Notes: generated by a model from the letters alone, not told the origin. 64,000 nt of DNA from Mustelus asterias (GCF_964213995.1 NC_135807.1:51832001-51896000); one strand, 5' to 3'; shown: positions 10,811-23,462, counted from the first letter of the stretch. Made by a program: numbers and translations.

Positions 10811-11619
10811 GTATCCAGTGCGTAAATGTTTCCAGGGCTTTCACCCCCAGAGTTTTAGCTGTGCAATAATTTAATTAGCAGTGATCAACATAGACTTTGG
10901 CACTTTCCAGTTTTGCCCTTTCCAATAGTTAAAATCTTGTATATTTCTAAAGCATCAGTTGTTTAGATGCCTCTTCCAGACCGGAAGCCCAATTTACTGC
11001 ACTGCCTTCGGTACTGAACATGGTACTGAAGCCATGGTGTGGTCAACTGCTTGCCCATGAAGTTTCAACAATTTGTTGACTTTGTTGATTGTTACATTAC
11101 ATTGATTATGTATTATAAGGGTCTGGTCCATTTAGGATTAATGTGGAACTGAATAAAATACCAACCACACGGTGATGTAAGAGAGCACATGAACCCAGGA
11201 TCAATAAAGTGTAGGACGGAGTTGTGTGTACCAGCAAGCATGGAAACGGCTCCTAGCTTGTATAATTACAAATGATTCTAACAGTCAATGAAGACTTACA
11301 GATAACCTATGTATGTAACTACAAAGACTTCTTCAGGCGTACGGAACTGTAAACAACACCCTCCAACAGATTAAATATTTAATTTACTCCTAGGTCTTTC
11401 TCAGCTTCACCCTTGGCTATTTCAAAATAGACAGTGTGATAGAGTGAGCAGCTGGGAAGTTGGTGAGTGAGGGAGTTATGGGAAGGAGGTGCTCATTTTT
11501 CTTTTTCCACCTTTTTCATGCTCTTCCTTTGGTACAGGGGAAGATATTGATTGGTGAGTAACTGGTAAGTTATTCTGTTTAATCTACTCTAATAAATAGT
11601 TTGTAAAATTAAGGTATGG

Positions 11620-11778
11620 CACATCTGCAAGGACAAATGGGTCATTCTCACGGTGGTAAGCTGTCACTACTGGGGAACCGCAAGGATTGGTGTTGCGCCA
11701 CAGCTGTTCACAATCTATACAAATGACTTGGATATGGGGACCAAATGTAATATTTCCAAATTTGCTGTTGACACCATG
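11620..11778 (+). mobile_element. CR1 RT fragment
   Basis: Decayed G.PQGLVL.PQLFTIYTNDLD...SKFAVDT. Confidence 0.7.
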
Positions 11779-11779
11779 T

Positions 11780-11930
11780 TTCAAGTTCAGTCTGACTCTT
11801 CTTCGGAACTGTGTTAACTTGAAAAGTTAACTCCATTTCTCTCTCCACAGATGCTGCCAGTCCTGAGTTTTTCCAGCACTTTCAGTTTTTATTTCTGATA
11901 TCCACTATCTGCAATATTTTGCTTTTATTT
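11780..11930 (+). mobile_element. Decayed Penelope-derived short element (family II)
   Basis: ctctctccacagatgctgccag...ttttccagcactttc...gcaatattttgctttta matches the right arm of 16524-16747. Confidence 0.55.
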
Positions 11931-13194
11931 TGTTGACTAATTTGTGTTGAGTTTCTAAGTCTAAGTTATTGATGTAACTGAGATATAGTCGTGGCCCTCT
12001 CAATAATCCTTGGGGTACCTCACTCAGTACTCTTATCACTTCATCAGTGAAACTCCTAAATACTTGGTATTTTCTATCCTTCAGCTAATTTCTTACATAT
12101 ATTCCAAGATTAGCTAGAATCCCTACGGCTTGAAGCTTAATTGATAGCTTTTCATACAGAACTTTGTTAGATTCCTTCTGGAAGCCTAAACAAAGAACTT
12201 TTGTTGAGATTACCATAATGCATTTGGGATGTTACATGCTTAGTGAAATTAAGGAATAGCTTTCCCTTCTGAATCTATGTTGATCACTGCTAATTAAATT
12301 ATTGCACAGATTCAGTTAATTTACGCACAACTGAAATTAGCTCTAATAGCGCTGCAGCTACTTGAAGCTGATTTGTTAGTCATTTTGAATTTGGTTGTGG
12401 TCTCTTTTTGCTAGAATGTTATTTTCTGTCATGTTGAGTGATTCCCTCATATTGTCAATCCCTAACAAATCGTCCCTCATCTCCTTTAGCATTTAGTTAA
12501 ATGAACATCTGACCCTGATAACTTTTAAGCCTTTTCACCTTGTATGAAACTTTTACCTTTCATACCGAGTTCATTAATTTTGATTGATTGGGGATAACAT
12601 TGTTGCTCACTATTTCCCTGTGATTACTTCAAGGAAGAAGTAATTCAGAAAAGTTTACTATACTGCTTTCATTAAGTTAAGTCTGATAATTTTGTGGCTG
12701 ATGTCCCCAGGGATGACACAAGTTCCTTTTTTGTGCTTTGAGTTATTTACAAGCATCAGGTCAAGATGAGCAGTCCACAAAAAAAAATGCAAGTCCAGGG
12801 TGGCGAGGGGAAGTTACCATCTAAATGTCAGCACACAAGTAGAGTGAAAGTCCAGTACCAAGACAGTGGTGGAGTTTTGTCAGCATGTGTGTACACAGAC
12901 ATGATCCCAAACAAGAATATAAATTTGTCTACAAACTAGAAATTTATGAAGTATGCTTATTAAACTGGTTTATTGGTAATTTAATGCTAAAATCAGACAC
13001 ATTATCTATGCTATTAAATGATCCTTAATATTACTTTATGGTATTTGTTGTGGATCCATTTTGAACTTTGAGAACTAACTTTTTTTCCTTATCAGTATAA
13101 TTGCCAAATGGCCATTCCAGTAATTTTAAGTAAATAGCAAATATGCTATCAAAATGGCAGAGCTTTGTTTAACTAACATACTCCCCTTTTTCAG

Positions 13195-13237
13195 ATTTTC
13201 TTCCATTTGTTTGTGATGGGTGTTCAGGAATATACTG
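13195..13237 (+). CDS. ZFAND1: ZFAND1 exon 2
   Basis: tttttcag acceptor; (D)FLPFVCDGCSGIY(C); GT donor at 13238; phase consistent. Confidence 0.93.
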
Positions 13238-13367
13238 GTACAGTATTATTCATTGAAATAAACTAGGAAAACAAGCTCTACAAATATAGCATTATTTCTC
13301 TTATTACTTACAAACTCTTTAAAAAAATATTACATTTGCTATACCATATATTCTTCTTTTTCTTTAG

Positions 13368-13407
13368 TCTTGAACACAGAAGCAAAGATGCCCATGATTG
13401 TTCTGAG
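13368..13407 (+). CDS. ZFAND1: ZFAND1 exon 3
   Basis: tctttag acceptor; (C)LEHRSKDAHDCSE completes AN1 finger 1; GTGAG donor. Confidence 0.93.
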
Positions 13408-13917
13408 GTGAGTTTTTGTAGATATGTGCATGTAGCACTTTATGCCTTTTTGCATTAATATGGGCTTATAGGTGGACCATTTTCCCTGTCAAAATGGATC
13501 CCAAATAATGGTTTGTCTTATGCTGCAGATCTCTGTTTGGGATGTCCCAGATAATTGAGTGATTATTTTTCAGTGTTTATTTATGAATGCAATTATTTTA
13601 ACTCGAATACATTTTATTGTCCTTTTTTTAATTAGGAAATCTAATTCTTATTTTTCACTGTGATTTAACAGGAAAGTTTCACATATACATAGCTCCCAAT
13701 GGATATTACAGAAAATATTTATTATAAAGTTGAGAATTTATTATCTATTCTCTAACTTGCTGACAAACAATGCAGAATGTGAGAAGCATCTTTTTGCCAT
13801 TAAACAGATTTCCACTTTAAAATTTCAGTCACCAGACTTGACATTACCTATTTCTGTACCATATAGCCTATGTAATTCTACATGACAAAAACTTAGCAAC
13901 TTTAATGGTGAATGACA

Positions 13918-14540
13918 GAATCGTCATGGCACTTTTGGCCCATCATGCCTGCACTGGCTCTACAAACAAGCATGATGGCTAAGTGCCATTCCCTTGCCTT
14001 TTCCACTGCACATTGTTTTTATTCAAGTGATCATTTAATGCCCTTTTGAATACCTCAGTTGAACCTGCCACACTTTCAGGCAGTGCATTCTAGACTCAAA
14101 CCACGCATTGTGAATCACAGTCCAAAGATGTGCAGCTTAGGTTGATTGGCCAGGTTATAAATTGCCCCTTAGAGTCCTGGGATGCGTAGGTTAGAGGGAT
14201 TAGCGGGTAAATATGTGGGGGTAGGGCCTGGGTGGGATTGTGGTCGGTGCAGACTCGATGGGCCGAATGGCCTCCTTCTGCACTGTAGGGTTTCTATGAT
14301 TCTATGATTTGCTTCTTTTGCAAATCACCTTAAATCTGCGTCCTTTCATTCTTAATTCTTTGACAAGAGGGAGCAATTTCTCCCTATCTACTGTGTTTCG
14401 CCCCCTCATGATCAGCCGTCTTCTCTCCAAGGAAAAGTCCCAACCTCTCCGATCTATCCTCCTAACTGAAGTTTCTCAGCCCTGGAACCATACTTGTAAA
14501 CCTCTTCTAAACTCTCTCCAATGCGTTCATATCCTCCCTA
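13918..14540 (-). mobile_element. Decayed CR1 3' fragment interrupted by an HE1 3' half (14115-14308, +)
   Basis: Reverse-complemented CR1 tail; SINE cacagtccaaagatgtg...ttctatgattctatga. Confidence 0.7.
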
Positions 14541-15887
14541 TGGTATGCTGCCCAGAAATGAACCCTCTGAACAAACGGCTATCGCCAGCATCCCCAGCTC
14601 CCACATCTGCTCCCCCCACCACCACCACAAATAAATGAATTTCCCATGCTGCCATTCCCGTGGACGGCGAGAGTAGGCTCAAGATCGCCCCATTATCTTT
14701 GTAAACATAGCAATTTGAATTGGGAAATTGAAATAAAAGAAAAAACTTTACATGTTTACGACCATCTACAGGATGTACTGCTGTTAATTCACCAAGTTAC
14801 TTTGACAACACTCACTTCCTCCATGATCTGCGCCACTGATCAGGGGGGAAAAATGGTAATGTCATGGGATCCTCACCAAGCCACACTGGCTTGGACATGT
14901 AACTTGAATTGTTGTTGAGTGAATATACTAAAAATATTTGTGTCAGTGTCATCAGCATGAGGATTGTAAAGAGTCAAAAGAATCTTTGAGAGGAACCGTG
15001 GCACATCAAGGCAGATAGGGATGGGTAATAAGTGTAGCTTTACCAACAACTGTGTCCCAGAAAGAAAAAGAAGGAAAATATGAGCTCTCTAATTACTGAT
15101 TTATTTGAGATAGAGACAAAGGGAAGGGACAATCTCCAAAAATACATGTGCAAGAAGTACCATATTCATAAAGCACCAAATTTGATGTTTGTCTATATAT
15201 TTTAGAAAGTTACAAACCAATGTTACCAGATATGGACTACCCCACCTCTTAACCTCACAGCTGATAGATACCAGGACTCTGCCAATGAGTCAGATTTCAC
15301 AATGCATTCCTTTTCTGTCAAACCTCAGTTTCCCTGACCTCCATGGTGATACAAGATCAAAGGATCTCTTACCATGCTGGAAAGCCCCATTCTGTCTACT
15401 TCAAGCTCCATGATTCTGCTTTCAGTTCTCCCAAAGCTTTGCACTATCATCTGGTGTTACTGAAGCTAGATTTCCCTAATGCAGCTAAACTCATTCCCTC
15501 TGCCTAGTATTACTAATTATCAGTTACCTTGCTCTAATTGATATATCTTTATATATCGTACAGTTTATTTTAAAAAATTAAATGATTTGATAAAATATTG
15601 ATATTATATAAGAGATTATAAAATAAAGACCACCTATTTACAGTTTTCACAGACTAATGGACAAAATGGTTGAATTGCCACTGCGCCAAAAGAAATGCCA
15701 CATGTAAATTAGTAAAACAGAAATTAGAATTATTTATTTGATCAATTGTCGCAATGCTTTTCCTTACTTGTTGTAAACACACTTATTCACTGTGAACAAC
15801 AAAGGGAAAGCTGCAAGTAGTCAGTAATATTTAGAGTGCTAAAAATTGATGGAGTTTAATATTTAAACTCTACAATTCAAATTCCAG

Positions 15888-16012
15888 GTCTGTTTAAGAA
15901 AACCAGTGAAATCTGAAGGAACTTCTTCTTATAAATGTACATACAAAAGCTGTAAGGCAAAAGAACTCTTGCCAGTAATTTGCCCGCATTGTGAGAAAAA
16001 CTTTTGTCTGGG
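15888..16012 (+). CDS. ZFAND1: ZFAND1 exon 4
   Basis: ttccag acceptor; VCLRKPVKSEGTSSYKCTYKSCKAKELLPVICPHCEKNFCL(G), AN1 finger 2; GTGAGT donor. Confidence 0.92.
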
Positions 16013-16093
16013 GTGAGTACCTGTTTAGGCAGAATTCTTGATACTGGTGTTGGTTAAGGTTTGCACTTCAGAATGTTGATGTTTCTGTTACAG

Positions 16094-16185
16094 GCATCGG
16101 CACCAGTCAGACCATGACTGTGAGAAACAAGAGGTGCCTAAATCACGTTTGGTTGTCCCTCAGCAAGTAGTTAAAGAGACTGTTG
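16094..16185 (+). CDS. ZFAND1: ZFAND1 exon 5 (non-canonical GC donor)
   Basis: ttacag acceptor; HRHQSDHDCEKQEVPKSRLVVPQQVVKETV + G, followed by GCAAGT. Phase 1 matches the next exon. Confidence 0.85.
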
Positions 16186-16523
16186 GCAAGTACTGTGTTA
16201 CCTTTCATAAACAGCCTAACCTTTCTAGAGATCATGACCTGGCTACTAGTAAATTAATATTTGGAGTGTAATCAAATACACATAAATCAGAAGTTAGCTG
16301 GGTAAAAACTAAAATACCAATTGCAAATTGTGTGTTCCTTGTCATAGAACAGGAAATTGCAGAATTTTGTAGATGTTGTTTTACTTACGCGCTGATCCCT
16401 AATCCGAGGGTGAGGCCAGACGCTCCCTTTTTCCAAAGCTACTGTAATCATCTCTTCATAGGTTTGTGACAGTGGCAGATTAACACTTTCCCTACCATTT
16501 TGGATGAACATTTTATCTCTCCT

Positions 16524-16747
16524 ACAAAAACAGAAAATGCTGGAAAATCTCAGCAGGTCTGACAGCATCTAGGGAGAGAGAATTGAGCCAACTTTGAGTC
16601 TGGATGACTCTTCGTCAGCTCTAATGAAGGGACATCCTGACTCGAAACATTGGCTCTATTCTCTCTCCCTAGATGCTTTCAGACCTGCTGTGATTTTTCC
16701 AGCATTTTCTGTTTTTGATTCCGATTCCAGCATCCGCAGTATTTTGC
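16524..16747. mobile_element. Palindromic Penelope-derived element (family II) with 13-bp TSD
   Basis: Inverted arms centred near 16620, each with a degenerate hammerhead; TSD ttttatctctcct at 16511-16523 and 16748-16760. Confidence 0.75.
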
Positions 16748-17106
16748 TTTTATCTCTCCTTGCTGAGATTCTTAATTCACTGAATAGTTGAGGCTAATCT
16801 TTCATGTATGACGCAGCAGAACAAATTGTTTCTCCTTTTTGCTATTACTGTTATTAAATTGCTGTGTTTAAGCAGCTTCAGGTGGTAGATCTGTCACCTC
16901 TCACCCAAGTTGTGGGTCCATGTCCCATTCCAGTCTTAAACATAACTATTGCTGAATAAGCATGTCAGTTGTTTATTGTCTCTCATCTTTTGGATGAAAC
17001 ATTAAACCAAGGCTTCATTTACCCCCTGAGGGACAGAAAAGATCCCAGAACATTATCTAAAGAAAAACAGAAAGGTTATCCCCTGTGCCCTGGCCAATAT
17101 TTATCC

Positions 17107-17579
17107 ACAGTAAGAAGTCTTACAACACCAGGTGAAAGTCCAACAGGTTTATTTGGCAGCACTAGCTTTCAGAGTCTCAAGCTCCTTCATCAGGTGAGTG
17201 AGGACTTGTGTTCACAAACAGGGCATATAAAGACACAAACTCAATTTACAAGATAATGGTTGGAATGCGAGTCTTTACGGGTAATCAAGTCTTGAAGGTA
17301 CAGACAATGTGAGTGATGACAGTGTGAGACAATGAAACACACACATTGTCTGTACCTTTAAGACTTGATTACCTGTAAAGACTCGCATTCCAACCATTAT
17401 CTTGTAAATTGAGTTTGTGTCTTTATATGCCCTGTTTGTGAACACAAGTCTTCACTCACCTGATGAAGGAGCTTGAGACTCCAAAAGCTAGTGCTGCCAA
17501 ATAAACCTGTTGGACTTTAACCTGGTGTTGTGAGACTTCTTACTGTGCTTACCCGAGTCCAACGCCGGCATCTCCACAT
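17107..17579. mobile_element. Palindromic Penelope-derived element (family I) with 12-bp TSD
   Basis: ~205-bp near-perfect inverted arms at 17107-17311 and 17342-17546; tail shared with 9159-9583; TSD caatatttatcc at 17095-17106 and 17580-17591; a hammerhead in each arm. Confidence 0.85.
17160..17196 (-). ncRNA. Minimal hammerhead ribozyme motif (intact core, antisense to ZFAND1)
   Basis: Minus strand reads CAC-CTGATGA-A-GGAG(cttgaga)CTCT-GAAA-GC-TA-GTG. Confidence 0.6.
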
Positions 17580-17926
17580 CAATATTTATCCTTCAGTCAA
17601 CATCACAAAAATAGATAATATGTCTATAATCACATTTGTGTTGGTGGCAGCTTGCTGTGTGCCAATTAGTGGTCACATTTCCTGCATTAAATCAGTGACC
17701 ACATTTCAAAAGTAGTTTATTAACTTTAAAACACTTTGGCACGTCCTATGGTCATGCTCTATAAATGCAAATCCTTTTTATGATATGCGTGTTGCAGGGA
17801 TAGGTAACACTTAAGTTGCATCTCAAGAATAATCTTAATTTTGAAAAAGCAGGAAAAATTATTAGCTTGACCATTATCGATATTGCATTTGCCTTGTTTG
17901 AATTCATTTTTTTATTAACTCAAAAG

Positions 17927-18045
17927 TCACAAATGCAGTTCCACTGAAGAAGAGTAGAAAAGGAGCAAGGAACAATGCAACGGCTGCAAAAGTAGCACTT
18001 ATGAAGATGAAGCTACATGCTGTTGGAGACAAGTCCATTCCACAG
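17927..18045 (+). CDS. ZFAND1: ZFAND1 exon 6 (acceptor ambiguous: 17927 or 17939)
   Basis: ...PLKKSRKGARNNATAAKVALMKMKLHAVGDKSIPQ, CAG|GT donor at 18046; two in-phase AG acceptors 12 nt apart. Confidence 0.87.
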
Positions 18046-19387
18046 GTTGTCAATTTATTTAAGATGAAATATTAATTGAAAATCCAATAACAGGGATAGT
18101 GCACATTGTGATGGGTTTCCTATTTTTAAATCATATCTTGAGGCTCATTTTTACTCTCTACATGCCTTCAAAACAGGTGCAGAGGAATTGTTAAGATTGC
18201 CAGAGCTCTTTTCCTGGAGGTCTCTTAACCATTCTGCATTCACATTTCTGTATGGGTTGGGCAGGCAGCAGTTTCATGATATTTAAATGAGCAGTTAAGT
18301 GTATCACTTAGATGTTGTGATTTAACATAGTTGACATTATTACCCTCGTTCCTCACCATGCCCACAGCACCTCAGCATCCAAAATACACCATTTTGAGTG
18401 TCAAAGCATTTAAAGAAGCAACAGCTATTTTCTGAATTTATTTTATGAACCCATTATATGAAATAAAATTTCTGTTAGCATTCTCTATGCAGTATGTAAA
18501 AGGACTTTGTGCATTTTGGTGACTGATTTTGAAAAATTCCTGCACTGTTAGATGACAGGTGTCCTAGTCTGTATTTGGCTTACTTGAAGAAAGAGGAAGA
18601 ATGCAAGGATCGTAACCAATAATGCACAGACACAGCCTTGTGCTCCCAAATGGGTATACAGAAAAAGGCATTCATCAGAGGTGCAATATATGTGAAAGCA
18701 GTATTCTGTCAAGGAAAGAGCAACAATTATGTTGCATGTGCTGTATAATCTTCCTTATAAATCAAGAAGACCTTCCCAGCAGAGGCAGTGATCATCAGAT
18801 TGGCATTTTGTTCGAAAGATTCCCCTGATGCGATGCTGCAGTGTATTTCTACTGGGACTTTGAGTCTGACTTCCACCAAAATATGCAGTGCAGCATCATT
18901 TGAGGAACTCGTGGTTGGACTGGAGTATAATCAGTGGAAGAGAGGACATGCCAGCTTTTTACAGCTGCCTTATGTTAAGTTAAAATGGATCAGTGGATGA
19001 ACAATTGAATGGGAAGGGGAGTGGTTGCAGTTAGGTGGGTAGTCAGGTTTTGGCATGGTTAGGGGGTGGTGGGGAGAGGGGTCGATTGTGTAAGTAACCA
19101 GGTTCTAGAGTAGATTTTAATCTAACAAACATTTCCAAGTACCATGAATTTTCCAAATTCTCAGACTCTAACTCACAGTTGGAGACATTCGCGAAGGATC
19201 CGGGGAGCAGGGGAATTGCCCATCGGAAGTTAAAATTTCCTGGGCAATTCCCACGGAGTCTATGCAAAAGGTTTCCACGGTTCCAATGCACATCTTCAGT
19301 CATGTGTCCAATTTCTGAGCAACCGGAAATCAGAAGATTTGGCCATGAGTGTTTTTTTTATCTACTTTTTTCATACGCTCATACAGA

Positions 19388-20245
19388 TGAAAATATAGGA
19401 GGCATGGTCAGTAAGTTTGCAGATGACACCAAGATGGGTGGCATAGCGGACAGTGAAGAAGGTTATCTCTGATTGCAACAGGATCTTGATCAATTGGGCC
19501 AGTGGTAACTTACCTGATGAAGAAGGAGCAGCGCTCCGAAAGCTAGTGGCTTGTGCTACCAAATAAACCTGTTGGACTTTAATCTGGTGTTGTGAGACTT
19601 CTTACTGTGTTTACTCCAGTCCAACGCCGGCATCTCCACATCATGGCTGAACATTGAATACAGGAGTTGGGACGTCTTGTTGAAGTTGTACAAGACATTG
19701 GTAAGGCCACCTGGAATACTGTGTACAGTTCTGGTCACCCTATTATAGAAAGGATATTATTAAAATAGAAAGAGTGCAGAAAAGATTTACTAGGATGCTA
19801 CCGGGACTTGATGGTTTAAGTTATAAGGAGCGGCTGGATAGACTGGGACCTTTTTCTCTGGAACGTGATGAGTGATTTTATAGAGGTCTATAAAATAATA
19901 AGGGGCATAGATCAGCTAGATAGTCAATATATTTTCCCAAAGGTAGGTGAGTCTAAAACTAGAGGGCATAGGTTTAAGGTGAGAGGGGAGAGATACAAAA
20001 GTGTACAGAGGGGCAATTTTTTCACACAGAGGGTGGTGAGTGTCTGGAATAAGCTGCCAGAGGTAGTAGTAGAGGCAGGTACAATTTAGTCTTTTAAAAA
20101 GCATGGGTAAGTTACATGGGTAAGATGGGTATAGAGAGATATGGGCCAAATACGGGCAATTGGGACGAGCTTCAGGGTTTTAAAAAAAAGGGCGGCGTGG
20201 ACAAGTTGGGCCGAAGGCATGGTTCCATGCTGTAAACCTCTATGA
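19388..20245 (+). mobile_element. CR1 LINE 3' fragment containing a PLE insert
   Basis: SKFADDTK, FIEVYKII...RGHRFKV...FFTQRVV, 3' tail. Confidence 0.88.
19506..19648 (+). mobile_element. Penelope pLTR fragment (family I) with altered hammerhead
   Basis: CTGATGA-agaa-GGAGC(agc)GCTCC-GAAA-GCTAGTG plus the aataaacctgttggac...gccggcatctccaca tail. Confidence 0.75.
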
Positions 20246-20939
20246 CATTCAGATCCTTGATATGCATATCACACTGCCTGCAATGACTATAAAGTCTGTT
20301 TGTAAAAGTCACCGCAGCCCAGAATCTTTGGGCCTCAGATTCCTTTCAGGCTGCTACTGGGGATATTGATAACATTAGTCCTGTAGTTCATACATGTGTA
20401 AAGCAGATGATTTGTGTGTTGTGTACTGAGTATAAAATGTCATCATTTCCTTAATAGATAGTCAGAACTAGCAAGAGGGCATGGGCTTGCAAAATTGCAC
20501 AACTTACTAAAGTTCAGGATATGGTAGATTGCATCAATTTTGTACTGAGAAGAGGACTGTGGCATGTTTACACTAAGTTTAGCCTCGGAATAAACGACTA
20601 GGACACAAGTACTGATTTTTAATTTTATTCTACTGTATTGTGATTTTATTTACTGCATTGTACCTATTTATACTAGAAATTACTGAAACCAGTTTCCTTG
20701 TTGTCTCTTAACAGTGAAACAGCTGGTAATAGGTAACATAGGTGTGTTTAGATGTTCTCTAATTTCCTCTGACAGTTGGGCTATCGTGCGAGTTAAGACA
20801 ATATACATTAGAACCAAATAGCAAGAGATCAGTCTTCAGCTGCAAGGTACTTGGAGTTCAGCCATAGAATTTGGTCTTATTTTGGTTGGACAGAAATGTT
20901 CTTTTTCAATGATTTATGTGTGAAGTGAATCAGCAGAGT

Positions 20940-22320
20940 TTTGATTAAGAGTTTTGTACGAATGGGTAACATAATCAGGCAGTCAGATGATTGGTCAGAA
21001 TACAAAGAATGGCAGAGAATGACGAAAAGGTTAATTAGAGAAAGAAATTAGACTATGAGAGGAAGCTAGCTAGAAATGTAAAAATGGATAATAAGAGTTT
21101 CTATGTTAGGTATTTAAAAAGGAAGAGAGAAGTAAAGTGAGTGTAACTGAGCAATCTGATGGAGCTGTGCACTGACAAGTCTCCAGGTCCTGACAACTTC
21201 ATCCTCTGGTCTTAAACGAGGTGGTAGACGCACTGATGTTAATTTTCCAAACTTTGCTAGATTCTAGAAAGATCCATCAAACAGCATGGTTTTGTAAAAG
21301 GAAATCGTGTTTAACCAATTTATTGGAGTTCTTTGAAGGCGTAACATGTGCTCTGGATAAAGGGGAGCCTGTAGATATGATGTATTTGGATTTCCAGAAA
21401 GCATTTGATAAGGTACCACATCAAAGGTTGTTGAGGAAAACAAAAGCTCATGGTGTAGGGGCTAACATAGTAGCATGCATTGACTGGCAGACAGAAAACA
21501 GAGTGTATGCATAAATGGGACTTTGTCTGATTGAGAGGATGTGATGAGTGGAGTCCAGTGGGGGTTATGCTGGGGCCTCAATTTTTTATGATTTCAATGA
21601 AGTAGATATAGCACTTGAGGAAAGGGGATCAAAGGATAAGGGGGGAAGGCAGGATCAGGCTATTGAATTGGATAATCAGCCATGATCATGAATGGCAGAG
21701 CAGGCTCAAAGGGCCGAATGACCTCCTCCTCCTATTTTCTACATTTCAATGTCAATGGCATCGACAAAGGGCATGAAGGTGTGGTAGCTAAATTTGTAGA
21801 TGGCACAAAGATAAGTAAAAAAGCATGTTGTGAATTTAAGAAAGGATGTAAATTCGTTGGAGGTGCGGTTCAGAGGCTTGATTGACAGCGGGAATGAGCG
21901 AGTTGCCTTATGAAGAAAGGTTAGAAAGACTGGGCTTGTTTCCACTGCAGTTTAGAAGAGTAAGGGGTGTCTTGATTGAAGTATACAAGATCCTGAATGG
22001 TGTTGACAGGTGGACATGGAAAGGATATTTCCTCTTGTAGGTAAGTCCATAACTAGCAGGTATCATTTTAAAATTAGTAGTTGCCCTTTTAGGAAATGAG
22101 GAGATTTTGTTTTCTCCCTGAGAGTTGTGCAACTTTGGAACTCACTGCTTCAAAAAGCGGTAGGTGGAGATTAGATGGATTCCTGTTAAACAAGAGAATC
22201 AGGGTTTATCAGGCGAGAAATGGGAATATAGAATTTGAAATTCAAGAGATCAATCATGATCTTATCAAATGGCAGTGCAGGTTTGAGGGACTGAATGTAC
22301 CTGTACATATTCTACATCTT
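20940..22320 (+). mobile_element. Decayed CR1 LINE pieces
   Basis: KSCLTNLLEFFE...YLDFQKAFDKVPH and KFVDGTK. Confidence 0.8.
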
Positions 22321-23306
22321 TAAGTTAGAGACACAGAGGAATGATAAGTGCTGGGAACCCTTTGGGGCATGTGAACTATCATGGACATATGAAAAGGCAA
22401 TAGAAAAAGGCCAGCTGGTTCATAAAGTTTGTCTCATTCAGTTATACAACATAACTTGGAAATATTGTTATTGGGTTAAAATCCTGGCACTCCACACCCA
22501 CCAACTATGGGAGTACCTTCACCACAGACTCCAGTGGTTCACAAAGTGGGCTCACTGCTGCCTTCTTGTGCACAATTAAGGATGGGTAATTAAAGCTGGC
22601 TTTGCCAGCAACACCCATATTCCATGAATGATTTTTTTAAAGCCATGTTGCAACTAAGCAACACAATTATCAATGCTCTCCACCCATGTAGCCATATAAT
22701 CTTGGCGATGCAAAAAATAAAAAGATTTTTTAAAAAACATAAGACATTTCACACAAAATAATTGTGAAATTCCTCTCAAACCATCAAAACCACGTTCCAA
22801 GACCTAAGTGACCACAAGATTAATCACTCAAAATCCTTTCTCCTCTTGTATATAGCAAATATCAGCTTCCCCTAGAAACAGGTCCAGCTCCCTTTTGATC
22901 ATCTGCACGAGCCAGTAATATATTACAATAGTTCATCACTTGACGAATAGAAAAATATCCAGACAACCAGGTTGTGTTTGTGTAATTTTAATACATCCCT
23001 CATTCTTCTGAGCTACACAGATGAAGTCTAGTTCTTTCATCATTAAGTGCTTTAATCAAATCACCCCAAAGTTGAAACTTTTCAAGAGTAAAGTGGACAG
23101 TAGATAGTTTTGATTCTCAGACTAGAACGTTCTTGGGATTTTTCCCCACTAAATCTTTTGCAAATAAGATAAACTTTACAAAAGGAATCATTCACAAATC
23201 TTTGGGTTCCTGGTTGTAAATCTGCAACAGAAACAGATGAAAACTTACAGAAGCTAATTTTCTCAAATGTACAAAATGGCCACTAAATTGAAGTTGTTAT
23301 TTGCAG

Positions 23307-23462
23307 AATGAGCGAGTGTTTTTTCAAGTGTTCTTGCCAGAAGGAAACAAAGAAAAAAGCAGACCGATGTTCTTCTGTTCCAAATGGAGTATTGGAAAAG
23401 TGGTCGATAATGCAGCTTCACTGTTGAACCTGAGGAATGATAACAATATTTTGGCAGCTAAG
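23307..23462 (+). CDS. ZFAND1: ZFAND1 exon 7
   Basis: ttgcag acceptor; NERVFFQVFLPEGNKEKSRPMFFCSKWSIGKVVDNAASLLNLRNDNNILAAK; AAG|GTAAT donor. Confidence 0.94.

Larger units (their letters stand above)
16870..17775 (+). mobile_element. Deu-domain SINE (SacSINE1-like) interrupted by a PLE insertion
   Basis: ggatgaaacattaaaccaagg...aaagatccca...ggccaatatttatcc...ctataaatgcaa. Confidence 0.6.
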
